The notes: generated from the letters alone by a model not told the origin. Positions 39,660-53,680 are shown, counted from the stretch's first letter. The stretch: 64,000 nucleotides of DNA from the human T2T-CHM13v2.0 reference genome, Homo sapiens (GCF_009914755.1 NC_060938.1); one strand, 5' to 3'. A program made the numbers and translations.

Positions 39660-40790
39660 TCACGTACATTTTACAATTAATGTTTTCCTCTGTTTGCTTC
39701 ATCACTGGCTATCCATGTATTCATCCCTCTCTTCATCTTATTTTTGGTGTATTTTAAATTAAATTGCAGAAATCAGTACACTTCACCACTAAACAGTTCA
39801 GCATGCTTATTATTAACTCGAGTTAAATATTTAATATATATTTCAGGTAAAATGTGCGCACAGCAACATAAGCACATTTTAAGCTTTCCATTCATTGAGT
39901 TTTGACAAATGCATACACCTGTGTAATGCCAATCCCAAGCCAAGGTACAGACATTCTTTTTTTTTCTCCAATTTAAAACTTTAATTAAAAAGTAAACTTT
40001 AATGTCAAAAATGCAAACTTGGGGAAGGCAGAAAGATCACACACAAGGCTGTCACTTCACACTTGGAAGGTTGCACAGCGGCCGGGCAGAGGTGCTCCTC
40101 ACATCCCAGACGGTGGAGGGGCCGGGCAGAGGCCCTCATCACTTCCCACACGGTGAGGGGGCCGGGCAGAGGTGCTCCTCACTTCCCAGACAGGGCTGCG
40201 GCCAGAGAGAGGCACTCCTCACTTCCCAGATGGCAGGGGGCGCTGAGCAGAGGTGCTCCTAACTTCCCACACGCGGTGGCAGCTGCGCAGAGGCGCTTCT
40301 CACCTCCCAGATGGGCGGCGGCCGGGCAAAGGTGCTCCTGCTTCCCAGACGGGGCGGCGGCATTCTTACCACCCAGAATGGTGATGCTAGTGCCTCTTTC
40401 CAGTCGATTTCCACCCTACGTGCACGCAGAGGGAACCCATGTTCTGATTTTTTTCTCAGCATGGATTACTTTAGTCTTTCCTAGAACTGTATACAGTTCT
40501 AGAATCATATAGTATGTACTATTTGGGATAAGTACATGCAATACATACTACTTTGCATGAGACTTTTTCACGCAGCACATTTTTGAAATTCATCTATTTT
40601 TGTTTGCATATGTCAGTAATCTGTACCCATTTTAGTGCTGAATCATATTCCATTGTGTGAATATACCACAATTTTTTAATCTATTTCCTTATCGATGGTC
40701 ACCTGCGCTGTTTCCAGTTTGCAGCTATTATGAAGAAAATTGCTGTGCATGTTCTTATGCAAGTCTTTTTGTAGGCATAAGCTTTCTGAT
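39660..40790 (-). mobile_element. Old L1M 3' region, host of the SVA2 insertion
   Basis: TTTGACAAATGCATACACC... before the insertion and ...CATATTCCATTGTGTGAATATACCACAATTT after it are colinear L1M 3' UTR in reverse. Confidence 0.7.
39959..40360 (-). mobile_element. SVA2-type VNTR retroposon (5'-truncated)
   Basis: On the minus strand, seven ~40-bp SVA-type VNTR units are followed by a ~110-bp unique tail, ATTAAA and poly(A), with no SINE-R. TSD CATTCTT (39952-39958, 40361-40367). Confidence 0.85.
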
Positions 40791-41083
40791 TACTTTTGAA
40801 ACTCCTGGAATATGTAGTCTTAGCACAGAGTCTACACACAGTAGGTACTCAATGAATGTATATATTGCCCTGGCACAAAACCCACATGACATGTTGGGTT
40901 TTACAGTACACCAGACGTTTTCTTCCTCATCTGTTCTCAGATGAGCTTCGTAACTACCTGCTGAAGAGGCAGAGGCAATCCACACAATGGAAGCTGAGAC
41001 ATTACATAATCGCTAATTGTTGGAGCTAAACTAGAACCCTGGTTTCCTAACTCCTAGTCCTGTACTCTCTGACTGCTTGCTAT

Positions 41084-41869
41084 TGAGACGGGAGAGTTCC
41101 CTTGACCCCTTTGCAGGACTTGTGAAAGGGGTGTGGCCCACTTATTTGACTGCCACCATGCTCAAACCCCCTGCCTGAGAGGGAGCATGCAGGTGAGCAG
41201 GTACAGGAGCTGGGGGAATGTGGCAGGAATGAACCCTGTACTGGTACTGGTCAACGGCAGCATCCAGGGTTGTCTACGACCTCTGGAGCCCTCGAGGGCA
41301 TGTGTTACAACACTCTTAGCAGTTACTGTCTGCAGATAGCTAAGTGTTAACCAGCTCAGTGGCAAGTCAGGGTGACAGGCCTTTACACCCTGCCCTCTGG
41401 TGTACCTGGCTTCCTGTCTGGTGTCCAGGAAGAATCAGGTCACATAGGCTTGAAGGATGGTTCAAAATATGGAGATTTTATTAAGCAGTGGGAGTGGCTC
41501 TCAGTGGAAAGGGAGCTGGAAAGGGGATGGTGCGGGAAGAAGGTGCTCTGTCTCTGAAGCTTGGCCGTCTCTGAGGAAGCTCTTCTCCAAAGTTGTTCTC
41601 TTTGAAGTTAAGCCGCATCTGTTTATAGTTTCGGACACTCAGTTGCTTCTCCTTTTGACGTTCAGCTGCTTGTCTCTCTGCCAGCTAAGGTCTGAGGTTT
41701 ATGTGGGCACAGGAGAGGGGGAGCGGGTGGGCCAAAAAGGTAACATTTGGGTGGGAAAACAGGGATAACTCTTCTCATTTAGGGCTGTGGTTTCCAGGCT
41801 TGAGGGTGGGGCCTTTGCCAGGAAACTGCCCTCTTCTACCCAGTACTTCCCTGTCTCCTGTCTGTATCG
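41084..41869 (-). mobile_element. LTR1-family (HUERS-P2-type) solo LTR
   Basis: Reverse complement begins CGATACAGACAGGAGACAGGGAAGTACTGGGTAGAAGAGGGCAG; 4-bp TSD CTAT. Confidence 0.82.
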
Positions 41870-42352
41870 CTATGTCAGTGCCAAACCGAAGGTATGTGTA
41901 CTTTACATCCTCCCTTCCCCCCAAGCATTGCTCTGTGCCACAGTTACGGTCTTTGAGAGTTTTGGGTTTGTACTTTGGCTCTATTTAAGCTCCTGGTCAT
42001 CAGAACTTATGTATATTTTCCCCTTTTATATCATCTTGTTTTCTCAGTGTGTATATATTGGGGTGAGGGGAGGGGCAGCAGGGAGGGCCTGTAGAGGGAG
42101 TTATTGAAAAGTGACCTAAGCCAATCTGGTACTTTTGATTGGCAATCAGAGAAGTCAGCCATGAGGTTCCTGAGTCTCTCTTTCTCTGCCACTCCCAGCT
42201 GCTCTGGGATCATGAAAACCAGCCTCCAACCTGATTCTGCAACACATGAAAACTTTTATTAACAAGGAGATTCATACACCATGCCTAAAACACTCATACA
42301 GCCTGTTCTGTAAACTCAAGTTGTCCCCCATCCGTGGTTTAGGCAGCCCGGT

Positions 42353-43026
42353 TGTTACCAGTGGAAGGTGTCCGAGTTACTGGCAGCAAGTCCATATGGA
42401 TCTGCAGCAACTTCAATTCTTGCCTCCTCAGAAGAAAGAATTCAATGGAGGGGCATAAAGCAGAAAAAGAGACTGAAGTAAGTTTCAGAGCAGGAGTGAA
42501 AGTTTATTTAAAAAGGCTTTAGAACAGTAAAGAAAGGAAAATTCACTTGGAAGAGACCCAAGTGAGCACCTGAAGGTCAAGAGCCCTGTTTAACGGTGAT
42601 GCTAGGACTTTCTAGGATTCCCATGATTCCTCCCTTAGGGTGAGCTGCCTGCATGCACAGTGCCCTCCTTACCTTTGGGAATTGTGCACACACACTGTGT
42701 TTAGGAAGTTGTATGCATGCCCATCTGTGGCTTTCTTCCCTTTTCTAGTGGTGTGCCCCTGGAAGTCATACTTTGCCATTTTGTCTCTTAATGCACCTGC
42801 CCAGGAAGTTGCTTCTCCCTGGAGCCTGCGTTTGATTAACACTTTAATGTTAACAGATGTGCCTCATCAGGAGATTGTCTCTCCCTGGTGCCCTTGGACT
42901 GGCTGCTGAATTATCATTTTTAGAGAGGCAGTGTGATAATTGTCAGACCATCACCTGACATTCCTAGTGGGTGGGGGAGAAGAGCCTTCTCCTGCCCCGC
43001 TCATGCCTGTCTAACTACCTGTAACA
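42353..43026 (-). mobile_element. LTR9-family (HUERS-P3-type) solo LTR
   Basis: Reverse complement begins TGTTACAGGTAGTTAGACAGGCATGAGCGGGGCAGGAG; TSD CGGT/CAGT, consistent with one CpG decay. Confidence 0.78.
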
Positions 43027-44316
43027 CAGTGAGCACCTCTCTTGACACCAGTAATCTGATAGCAGGATCAGGAAGCTGCTTCTTGAGGACAGAGTCTTTC
43101 CGGAAGCAGTAGGACAGTGGTGTGAAGGAAGTTCTGGGCCTCAGCCCTCCTCTGAAAGTGTTTGCTAGGCTGGCTAAGCCCAGCACCCTTTTCATGGAAA
43201 TTTTGAGGTTTCTAGCCATCCCTCAAATCTCTCATAGCCTTCATTTGACCATTGAAAATAATTTCTAATATCCCTTTATGCTAATTAATGAACTATCTGT
43301 TGCAGATTCAGATGGGAGAGTTAGAAGCTTTTATGAGGCCACCTCTGGGAATATAAACACCATTTGGGATCTTTCAAATGCTCACTAACACCACTGTCTT
43401 GGTACTTCCTGCTTAGGGTGCTTCATATATTAACTAGTAACTGTTGAGGGTGTCCTAACATGAATCTACACACACACACACGCTTAAAGCTCACTATGGA
43501 TGGCGGAGTGTTTCAACATAAAACCCAGGTCACATTGGGGAGGTACTAGAGTCCATGTGTCCTTCCACTAACCCCCACCCTCTAACGGTGGCATTTCCAC
43601 CAGACTCTTGAGTTTTCAGTTTGAGGGAATCCTTTGAATAAATATGATTTTCTGCCTCCACACTTAATGTGGTTAGAGCTGCAGCCTTGATCCTAATCTG
43701 TCTGATCTCCCATCCTCATTGATAGTAAACCAGTGAGTAGGCAAGTCAACTGTGAGTTAATCGGGGTGGGGGGGATTTTTAAATGCAAGTCTGATGTTTA
43801 AATGTAGCTCTGATTATGCCTCTTGGCTATCAGAAGTGAGTTTCATTTGGATGGAGAGCCATTTTACTGAGGGCACACAGCACAGAAGCTGAGCCGCAGT
43901 GTAAAGCTTTCAAGTGACTCTTGGAGCTATTAAAGTGCCACTCATTTGGTAACTGTTGCTGTTAATTAAGTTTGTAGCCCCATTATTAATTCTTGGCTCT
44001 ACTATTATTAATTATGCTTCTATAAATTTATAGTAGGCAGTACCTCAGGGAATTTTTCAAGTTGTATATTAAAATTAGAGATAAATAAACACTTAAGCTT
44101 CCTTCTCAATATAAGAAGAGTTTGGGGTTTTTATTTCCGGTACTAGGTAAATTTGAAAGGTATGTGATGGTCATTTTCTCTCCTTACTGAAACATTTTCT
44201 ACATGGTTTGCAGCAGAAATTTCTGTAACATATTTAACAATGCGGTTTAGTATTTAAATATTTAACCCATTCACTGATAACTTGTAGCTAATTCCTACAA
44301 TTAAACTTACGCCTTT

Positions 44317-44614
<298 letters not shown>

Positions 44615-45469
44615 AAACTTATGCCTTTTATGAGAGCAAGCAGACAGAGAAGGAAAAGAAAAAAAGCCTGGCATTTTGTGTATAAAAAATCAGAGCTCAA
44701 GTAATGTTGGTCAAATATAGATGCAAACAAGTCCATGTGCATATTAACAACCCCTTTCACCATGTGCTTTATTTCTGAAAATACTTTAACTCCTTTTCTG
44801 TCTTCTGATCCAGCTCTCCAGACAATAGTTAATAAATGGGTTCATAGGTAATTATGATGCATTTTGGTTCTTTTACCTACAGCAAATTCCTTTTTTTCTC
44901 TCTCTCTTATTCTAAGAAGGAACAAAAATTGCCCATAATTCTCCAGGTTATAGAAAACGTCTATTGGCATTTTGATGTAGTTCCTTTCAGATGCTTTTCC
45001 AAGCATATATCAAATAATTTAGATCACACAATGTTATGGTTTGATTTTACCCCTTAACATTTGATGTAGCAATTCTTTATTATTGGACATTTAAGTTGTT
45101 TATAATTTTTGTCCTTGCAAATAATAGATATATGATATGTTGGATAGCTCTTTAAATAAATATTTGAGAGTACCTCTAATTATCTATTTTAATGCCTAGA
45201 AATATAAATTTTTTGCCTAAAGGCATGAACATTGTTCAAGTTCTTGATACATACTGAAAAATTGCTTTCCAGGAAATGACGCCAATTTCCAGTCCACTAG
45301 AAACATTCCACGGTGTCTGTCTTACTGCGGCCATGCCATTTAATATAGCTAATACAATTATAATAATATTAACTTGCTAACTTTATAATTTTTGAATTCG
45401 GAAACTTGAATGAGATATGCTGGAACATCAAATAGTGACCTATTTTATCTCAACGCTTCATTTTGCTTT

Positions 45470-45932
45470 TTGGAGCCAAAAGAGTTCTTTCTCTCTCAAA
45501 TTGGATTCAGTAGTTGAGGGGCTACACATTAACTGACAGTAGCCATATTAACAAGAGAAAAGACAATATTTATTTACCCATGCATGGGAGAGCTGCTCAG
45601 TAATGAGTAACCCACCGACTAGCCAGAGATAAGGGTTTATATACCAACTTAACAAAGGTGAAGGGGGCAATTAGGGATTCAGGGGGAAGGCATGAAGGTG
45701 CTCTTGGGCTTTTCAGTGATAATGGGAATAGGAAATATGTCTTCATGGCAGCTGAATTAGGAGGAAACTGCCTTTGAGGGGAGTTAATGGCAGCTGTATT
45801 TTTGGGAGGCTCTGCGATAGTCAGATAAGGGAAGTTCAGATAAGACTTCTTTCTGCATCTCCTGCAGCTCAAATGTTTTCACCTTAAAATAACCTTTATA
45901 AAGACTCTGAGGGTCCAAGTGCATCCCCATAC
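45470..45932 (-). mobile_element. ERV1 solo LTR (MER34/LTR48-51 group)
   Basis: ATTAACAAGAGAAAAG...TTTATT motif shared with the neighbouring MER34-type LTRs. Boundaries approximate. Confidence 0.6.
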
Positions 45933-46278
45933 TTTCTATTTATTTTAACATCACAAATAAATGTGCTCAATAATAGATAAATTTTTCATCATGAAATGTA
46001 TTGAATATTAGTAATAATGGTGTTTTCTGCCGTTTTTGACAGGTAAATTACCAGTAAGGGATGACACAGGAGGAGAAAAGGAGAAAATGAAGAACTGTCA
46101 TAAGGATAATTTTTATTACAGATATGAATATATTTGTTTGGAACTAACAACTATTTTTAGAAGACAAATTAGGCAGAAGTGGTCACTACTGTATGGACAA
46201 GGGTGAATAGTAGTTGTGATTTTCAAAAATTTTTTAAACATATCTCTTGATACAGTATTTTTCCAACTTCATTTCTTT

Positions 46279-46586
46279 TCTTTTTTTTTTTTTTTTTTTT
46301 TTTGAGATGGAGTCTCGCTCTGTCATCCAGGCTGGAGTGCAGTGGTGCAATCTCGGCTCACTGTAACCTCTGCCTCCTGGGTTCAAGCAGTTCTCCTGCC
46401 TCAGCTTCCTAAGTAGCTGGGATTACAGGCGCGCGCCACCACACCTGGCTTTTTGTGTGTGTGTTTTTAATAGAGTCAGGGTTTCACCATGTGGGTCAGG
46501 CTGGTCTCAAACTTCTGACCTGACGATCCACCCGCCTCGGCCTCCCAAAGTGCTGGGATTATAGGCGTGAGCCACTGCACCCGGCC
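46279..46586 (-). mobile_element. AluS
   Basis: Long poly-T; TSD TTCCAACTTCATTTCTTT. Confidence 0.95.
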
Positions 46587-48262
46587 TTCCAACTTCATTT
46601 CTTTCAAGTCACAGTCATGGAACATGTTTAAAACTTCTGAGTTACACTATTTGGGATAAATAGTCATAAATATCAGAAATTGAAAATTAGATTAATTCCT
46701 CCTTATTTTGATATTCACCTAGGAAATAGTTTTTCTACAGATATTATTCTGGCAAATCTCAGTTTCTTGAATCTCAGTTCCTTGAATCTTGACTTTTGTC
46801 GCCACCCTTGATTTGAACATCCCTTGGCAGCTTTGTGGATAATACAGTGTGAGAGACATAATTGAAAAGCATGACAAGTGAGAAAATGGGTTACATACCT
46901 CAAAACAAAGGCTCATTATACATGACAATGCAATTCATTTGGGTCTCTCCATTGCATATTTGCTACAGGTATTTATTGCCTTCCAACTCTTCCCACAGCC
47001 TTTTGCTAGTCTTAAAGGCATAAATCACTTGGTGAAAGGATATTTCTATTTCAGCCAGATAAACTCTTTCCTTTTTGTTTAGATTTAATATGAAGGCAAA
47101 ATGCACTGCTCTCAGTGAACAGCCTTGTTTCCTTTCGTTTAATGGGGAAGGGAACACTGAAACATTTCCTACATTCTCTAGGAAAAGCACCTTTTTTTTT
47201 TTTCTTGTCTTTATAACCCTGTATCTGTTGTCACTGATTCAGCTATTCAGTCTGGGACAAAGCGACTTTTAAGTTTTAGAGCTATGAGGAAGCTATAAAG
47301 GGAATACAGTTCACTCTGTAGAGAAATAACAGCCTGGGAGATCATGGACCAGGAATGTTACTCTCCAAAGGTTTGCTAGAGCTTTACTTTGAATTCTATT
47401 CATCAATATTTTTGTTGGCCTGGATCAGTGACTCTAATTATGTATAGAAGATAGAAACAGCAGTTATATTTAGCAAGCTGGAAAAGTCCCTGCAGTCTAC
47501 CCTCAGAACAGCTAAACATACGGAGTCATCCTGAGATTCTGAATGCTCTGTTCACTCCCTGAGAGATAATGATGACTGAAGAGTGATAGCGCAGGGAACA
47601 GAGTAAAGCTAGAATGGGAGGCAAGGAAAGTTATCAGTCAGACCTCTAGGAGAAGTCCCAGCCCCTGCCCCATGCTTTTGTTTTTTATTTGTCTAACTTT
47701 TTTTTTTTTTTTGGAGATTTTCCATTTCAGGCTTTTGTTGCTTTTCTCAAATGTCAACCCTACCTACCTCTCTCTGAACGAACAGCCCACACTTTGTACT
47801 TCATCAAGAAAATTGCTACCACAGGGATGATATCATAGCCCATTACTGTATGATGCTATCTATACCTTAGCCTGGGCTTCCACCATTTCTTTGTCTCCCA
47901 AGGAGAAGGGACGTGACTGCACCGGATCTTAGTGTCATCTTTTCTGCCTCCCATTGGGGACTGTGAAGTTATTCCAAGGACAGTTGTTCCCCCTACCATA
48001 GCTGCTAGCTCCTTCCCTCGTGCCAGGAGCCACTTAGTCACAGGGTAACTGAAGAGAAAAAAGAACGAGACCTATTGCTGAGCCTAGAGCAAGCTCCCCC
48101 ATACCTGCACCCCACATGTGTACCAAAAGCTTGCTTTCTCTCCCATTCCCAGGTCTTTGATGGGGACGAAGCTAAGACCATGTATGCCATTGGCCCCAGG
48201 CAATAAGAGGTGCATTGTCTGCAAAAGTCTTAAAACAATATTAAAATCAACTAAAAATTGGT

Positions 48263-48478
48263 CTTTTTTTTTTTTGAGACAAGAGTCTCACTCTATTGCC
48301 TAGGCTGGAGTGCAATGGCACGATCTCAGCTCACAGCAGCCTGCACCTCCTGGGTTCGAGTGATTCTCCTGCCTCAGCCTTCTGAGTAGCTGGGATTACA
48401 GGCACCCACCACCACACCCCACTAATTTTTGTATTTTTACTAGAGATAGGGTATCACCATGTTGGCCAGGCTAGTCTT
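48263..48478 (-). mobile_element. 5'-truncated AluS
   Basis: Poly-T, right arm, partial left arm. Confidence 0.9.
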
Positions 48479-48521
48479 GTTTTTATTATCACCATGTTCC
48501 AGCAATTCTAAACGATATCAG

Positions 48522-49526
48522 CGTTGGGGAGGAAAAACATCTCTTCTTTCTACCTGTCTTAAGTTCATTGGCTGGGGCCCCTATAACAAAAGACAGAGTA
48601 ACAAGAGAAAAGCACACACGTTTGTTGAATGCCAGTTTTATGTGGCATGGGAATCTTCACAGGGAAATGACTTTGCTGAGACCAGCTCAGTGGGGGAGAC
48701 CCTAACCCAGCGGTACTAGAGGAATTAAAGATATACACACAGAAATATAGAGGTGTGAAGTGGGAAATCAGGGGTCTCACAGCCTTCAGAGCTGAGAGCC
48801 CCAAACAGAGATTTACCCATGTATTTATTTACAGCAATCCAGTCATTAGCATTATTTCTATAGATGTTAAATTAACTGAAAGTATCCCTTAAGGGAAAGG
48901 AAGGGATGGGCCAAATTAATTGCAGCAGGATCACGCCCTTAAGACACAGATTGCTCATGCTTTTGTTTGTGGCTTGAGAATGCCTTTAAGCAGTTTTCCT
49001 CCCTGGGCGGGCCAGGTGTTCCTTGCCCTCATTCCTGTAAACCCACAACCTTCCAGCTTGGGCGTTATCCTTCCAGCTTGGGCGTTATGGTCATTATGGA
49101 CATGTTACATTGCTGCAGAGATTTTATTTATGGCCAGTTTTGGGGCCAGTTTATGGCCAGAGTTTGGGGGGGCTTGCTCCCAACAGACTTGAAGAAGCAG
49201 TTAAACTGGGAGTTTTTATGCTAGCTTGAGTGAAGAGTGGAGAGTCATGGAGAAATGTGTTAGGACAGAAAAAGTATGAGCCGAGGATAGTCAACTGGGA
49301 GAAACAACAAGGTCTGTATGTTCACATTCCTCTTGACATCCCTGTGTCTTTGGAGAGAAAGATGTTATTTTCCTCCAGGCATAGGGAGGGTACCTTTCAC
49401 ATGATCTGCCTCAGGGAAGGATCAGACAATCTTTGCTATACATGCTGTTTTCCAAATTCCTTCAACCTAAAATATTCAGTATTCCAAGTCACCATATTTT
49501 GGGGTAGTATGTCTTGAACCTTATCA
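48522..49526 (-). mobile_element. MER34-family ERV1 LTR (outer element, split by MER9)
   Basis: Reverse complement begins TGATAAGGTTCAAGACATACTACCCCAAAATATGG; 4-bp TSD TCAG (48518-48521, 49527-49530). Confidence 0.75.
48674..49185 (-). mobile_element. MER9 (HERV-K HML-3) solo LTR
   Basis: Reverse complement begins TGTTGGGAGCAAGCCCCCCCAAACTCTGGCCATAAACTGGCCCCAAAACTGGCC; TSD GACTT. Confidence 0.9.
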
Positions 49527-50042
49527 TCAGTGATGTAATATTCCTCCCCAGAAAATCCTTTTGTTGGTAAGTTACAAACAATTGCTATAACGATTGTTGA
49601 CCCACTGGCTTCCTACAGGCAACCCAGCTATACTCAGCTGAGTGTCAATTCATAAGGGTTGGAATCATTTGAGTTTGCTGCCTGCACAGTTTGTGTCTCT
49701 AAGCCCTGTGATACTACCTAGTCCTACGTTTAAAAAGTAGGTTCAAAATAAACAATGGTAATACAACAATTCTAAGGGTAAAGTGACAGAGCTTGCCTTA
49801 TTGCACTTTTGTGTGCAGATCTTTCTCTAACCTTGTAGCATTTATTCCTTTGGACGTGTTTCTTTTATGCTCTCCTTCTCCCTTAAAATAAATACTTAAA
49901 TGTAATTAAAAATTATTAATCCATTACTTTGTTTCCTTTTTTGTACTGTGATAATTTTCTAACTGACTTGAATGTACATACAAAATTTAATAAAAGACTA
50001 TGTTTTATGTTTGCCATTATTTTTTGGCTTTTATTGCTATTA

Positions 50043-50392
<350 letters not shown>

Positions 50393-51017
50393 TTAAATGA
50401 TCCTCTCTGGCTGTCAGATATGCTGGGGACTCCCTGTGTTCCTGCACACCTGCCCAGGCTCTCTCCTCTCCTTCCTCCCTCATTCCTGCACCTAGAATGT
50501 TTTCAAAAGTTATTCTGAAAGCCTAAAATAACTTCCGTGAAGACTTGCTGTGATAATTCCAGCTCTTTCTTTCTTCTCTGAATTCTTCTAACACATTGTA
50601 GTTTTCCATACAATGTAGCAAGTGATGGTATGCCAGCTTAGACTTTTTCTAATACTTTTTTTCCCAAGATAGAATGTAAGCTCCCTGAAAGTTGGGGTTA
50701 GCCTTATATTTCTTCTTTTGTGTCTCCCCAAAGACAACTTTTGGAAGTATCCCATTAAAATGTATACTCTGTAGAAACCAGCTCAAATCCTTCAAAAACA
50801 GCTCTTCTACTCCTGCAAACTTCATTATCCTCTCATAACTTTATGTGATCATTTAAAATCAGGTTTTTCTAAAACTTCGGTCTGAGTGACCAAATGCAAT
50901 TGCTTATCTTCAAGGAAATAGTGCTTGCTTTAGGCATTCACTCCAGAGGCACACAAGGAGAGATAGGTGAAATCAACATGAGCAGTTAATTTCTGGTTTC
51001 ACCCGTAAAATACTGAT

Positions 51018-51411
51018 TTCTGTGGTTTGAATGTGTCCCTCGAAGTTCATGTGTTGAAAATGTAATTCCAATGCAATAGCATTGGGAGGTGGGATCTTCA
51101 AAGAGTAATTTGGTCAAGAGGGCTCTGTCCTCACAAATGGATTAATGCCATTATCTTGGGAGTGGGTTAGTTATCGAGAGAGTGGGTTGCTAATGAAAAG
51201 GATGAGTTTGTTCCATTTTCCTGTTGCTCTCTTGTGGACTGTCTTATTCTTCTGCCTTTCACTGTGGGATAACACAACATAAAGACCCTCACCAGATGCC
51301 AGCCCCTCAACCTTGGACTTCCCAGCCTCCAGAACTATAAGAAATAAATCTCTGTTCTTAATTATCCAGTCTGTGTTATTCTGTTATAGCAACACAAAAC
51401 AGACTAAGACA
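51018..51411 (+). mobile_element. MST (MSTD-like) MaLR solo LTR
   Basis: TGTGGTTTGAATGTGTCCC...TTATAGCAACACAAAACAGACTAAGACA. Confidence 0.85.
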
Positions 51412-51514
51412 GTGACTCTACAACCCTAAAGAGGTAGTCACTGAAGAACTATTAAGCATTCTCTCAGTTGTGTCAGTGAAAGCCATCTCTATTTGTGTTC
51501 CCTATCTTAAGCCA

Positions 51515-52005
51515 ACAGTTCTCAAAATATGATCCAGGGACTCCCAGGAGTCCTAGAGACCTTTCCAGGGGTTCTGTAAGGTCAAATTATTTTTATAACA
51601 TGACCCAGACATTATTTGCCTTTTTCTCTCTCCTAAGTGTATCAAGGCATTTTCCAGATACTATATGACATGTACTATCATTATAGATTTAGCGTGGAAG
51701 CAGATATGAGAAGCCAGCTGTGGTCCATTAAGCCAGAGGGTAAAGAGATTTGCCAAGAATGTAAAAAGAATGTCTTCTCATGGAGTTTTTTGTTTGGGAA
51801 AATAGAGTAATAATTCATAAAAATTTCCTATTTATGTTAACATATGAGTTTATTGCTAATTTTAAATCAATTCATAAACACATATTTTTTAATTTTTCAG
51901 TTTTAATTTTGTATACAGCAAATAACACTCTATGTAACCCACATATACAAAAGGTCCTTGAGGCCCTCAATAAGAGTGTAAAGACCAAAAAGTTTGAGAA
52001 CTTCT
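51515..52005. mobile_element. hAT-Charlie element (Charlie4-like)
   Basis: Termini AGTTCTCAAA...TTTGAGAACT form inverted repeats. Confidence 0.6.
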
Positions 52006-52426
52006 ATCTTAGGCCAAAGCAGAGATTTTTAGAAACATATTCTTTTAATTCTTTCTTTGGTTACTTACCTCCAAATCAAAGCAATGTGCTGCAACTGAAT
52101 CCAGTGGAAAAATTAATTAGCTCTATGTTAATTCTTTGGCTTTGCTGTGAAAAGCCTGATCTTTGGGCCATTGACATCTGTTAGAAATTTAAACTCTTGA
52201 GCCCTGACCCAGACCTACTGAATCAGATTCTGCATTTTAGTAAGATCACTAGGTAATTTTAACCTATAGGTTGAGAGTTATGAGCACTGCTCCACTTTGC
52301 CTTTGTGAATCTGGCTGGGATCTTTTTCCAACTTTATTGACCATGTTAATTAACTCCCTCTTTTTTGATTCTCTCCTAATAAGGCTTGCAGCTATAACTG
52401 CAGTTTATCCTGATAAAACTTATTTC

Positions 52427-53006
52427 TGTAGGGGGAAAAAAATAATCTTCTCCTTCACTCTTCAAGAATTTTTAGCTGGGACTCCCTGTAACAAAAGGTA
52501 GATTAACAAGGGAAAGCAAACAAAAGCTTAATAACATGTATACTTCCTGTACACATGGGAGATAATGCAGAAAAATGAGTAAACCTCTAGAGTAGATCTA
52601 AAAAAGTTGTCTTAGTCTTCAGGCTTAAATACCATCCTTTGCTAAGACAAAAGAAAGTTATAGGGAAAGGCCTGGTTAAGAAGAGGTGGCCAGGAAAAGC
52701 ATCATAAACAAAACCAAGGTTTGTTATGCAGATTTAAGTAATGCCTTCTGCATTGATAAGAGTCTCTAGTGATTTAGACATTTTCCTCTTCCTGGTGCAG
52801 AGAGGGAGACATTCCTACCAATAGGGATGTCCTGTATAGATGTAAATTTATGTTACAAAAGGGTAACTTTTCAGTGCTTCTTCTGTATGTGCAGTTTCTC
52901 AAAATAACCAGTTCAAAATAATCCCATGCCAAAGAGGCCTATTTGGATGGGCATATTCTGGTTTCCTACAATCATATGTTGGGATGACATGTCCTGAATT
53001 CCATCA
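52427..53006 (-). mobile_element. MER34-family ERV1 solo LTR
   Basis: TG...CA termini; reverse complement begins TGATGGAATTCAGGACATG; TSD (T/C)TTC. Confidence 0.75.
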
Positions 53007-53201
53007 CTTCCTAATGAAATCTGATAAAGGACTGACTTGTCTGACATTTATTTTCATCCTACAATGTGAATGCAATGAAGGATCAATTTGCAATTGTATT
53101 TTTTATGGCCTTTTGGATTTATGCACTAGAGAGGTGCTAAAGCTGATGTGTTGATTCAAGTGAGGAGTAAGAGGGGTGAGAAACTGTGAGAAAAAAAAGT
53201 A

Positions 53202-53680
53202 CTATAAAGACACATGCACACGTATGTTTATTGCGGCATTATTCACAATAGCAAAGACTTGGAACCAACCCAAATGTCCAACAATGATAGACTGGATTAA
53301 GAAAATGTGGCACATATACACCATGGAATACTATACAGCCATAAAAAAGGATGAGTTCATGTCCTTTGTAGGGACATGGATGAAATTGGAAAACATCATT
53401 CTCAGTAAACTGTCGCAAGAACAAAAAACCAAACACCGCATATTCTCACTCATAGGTGGGAATTGAACAATGAGATCACATGGACACAGGAAGGGGAATA
53501 TCACACTCCGGGGACTGTTGTGGGGTGGGGGGAGGGGGGAGGGATAGCACTGGGAGATATACCTAATGCTAGATGATGAGTTAGTGGGTGCAGTGCACCA
53601 GCATGACACATGTATACATATGTAACTAACCTGCACAATGTGCACATGTACCCTAAAACTTAAACTATAATAAAAAAAAA
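53202..53680 (+). mobile_element. Young 5'-truncated L1 (L1PA2-like): ORF2 C-terminus and 3' UTR
   Basis: Translates to YKDTCTRMFIAALFTIAKTWNQPKCP...FSLIGGN*. Has GAGATCAC and GAATATCAC, with GAG (not ACA/ACG) at the Ta diagnostic. TSD AAAAAAAAGTA. Confidence 0.95.

Noticed and set aside
40075-40360. Array of ~40-bp units resembling CRISPR (also the 32-bp array at 21817)
   Set aside because: Contiguous degenerate tandem units with no unique spacers, no cas genes, and a eukaryotic context.
40002-40512. Repetitive GC-rich ORFs of 86 and 149 aa
   Set aside because: These are translations of the SVA2 VNTR, which is stop-poor by composition.
53176-53466. 96-aa ORF with a clear protein match
   Set aside because: It is the C-terminus of L1 ORF2 in a truncated copy with no genuine start codon, so not a host gene.
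53521-53543. G-quadruplex-forming G tract
   Set aside because: Standard feature of L1PA 3' UTRs.
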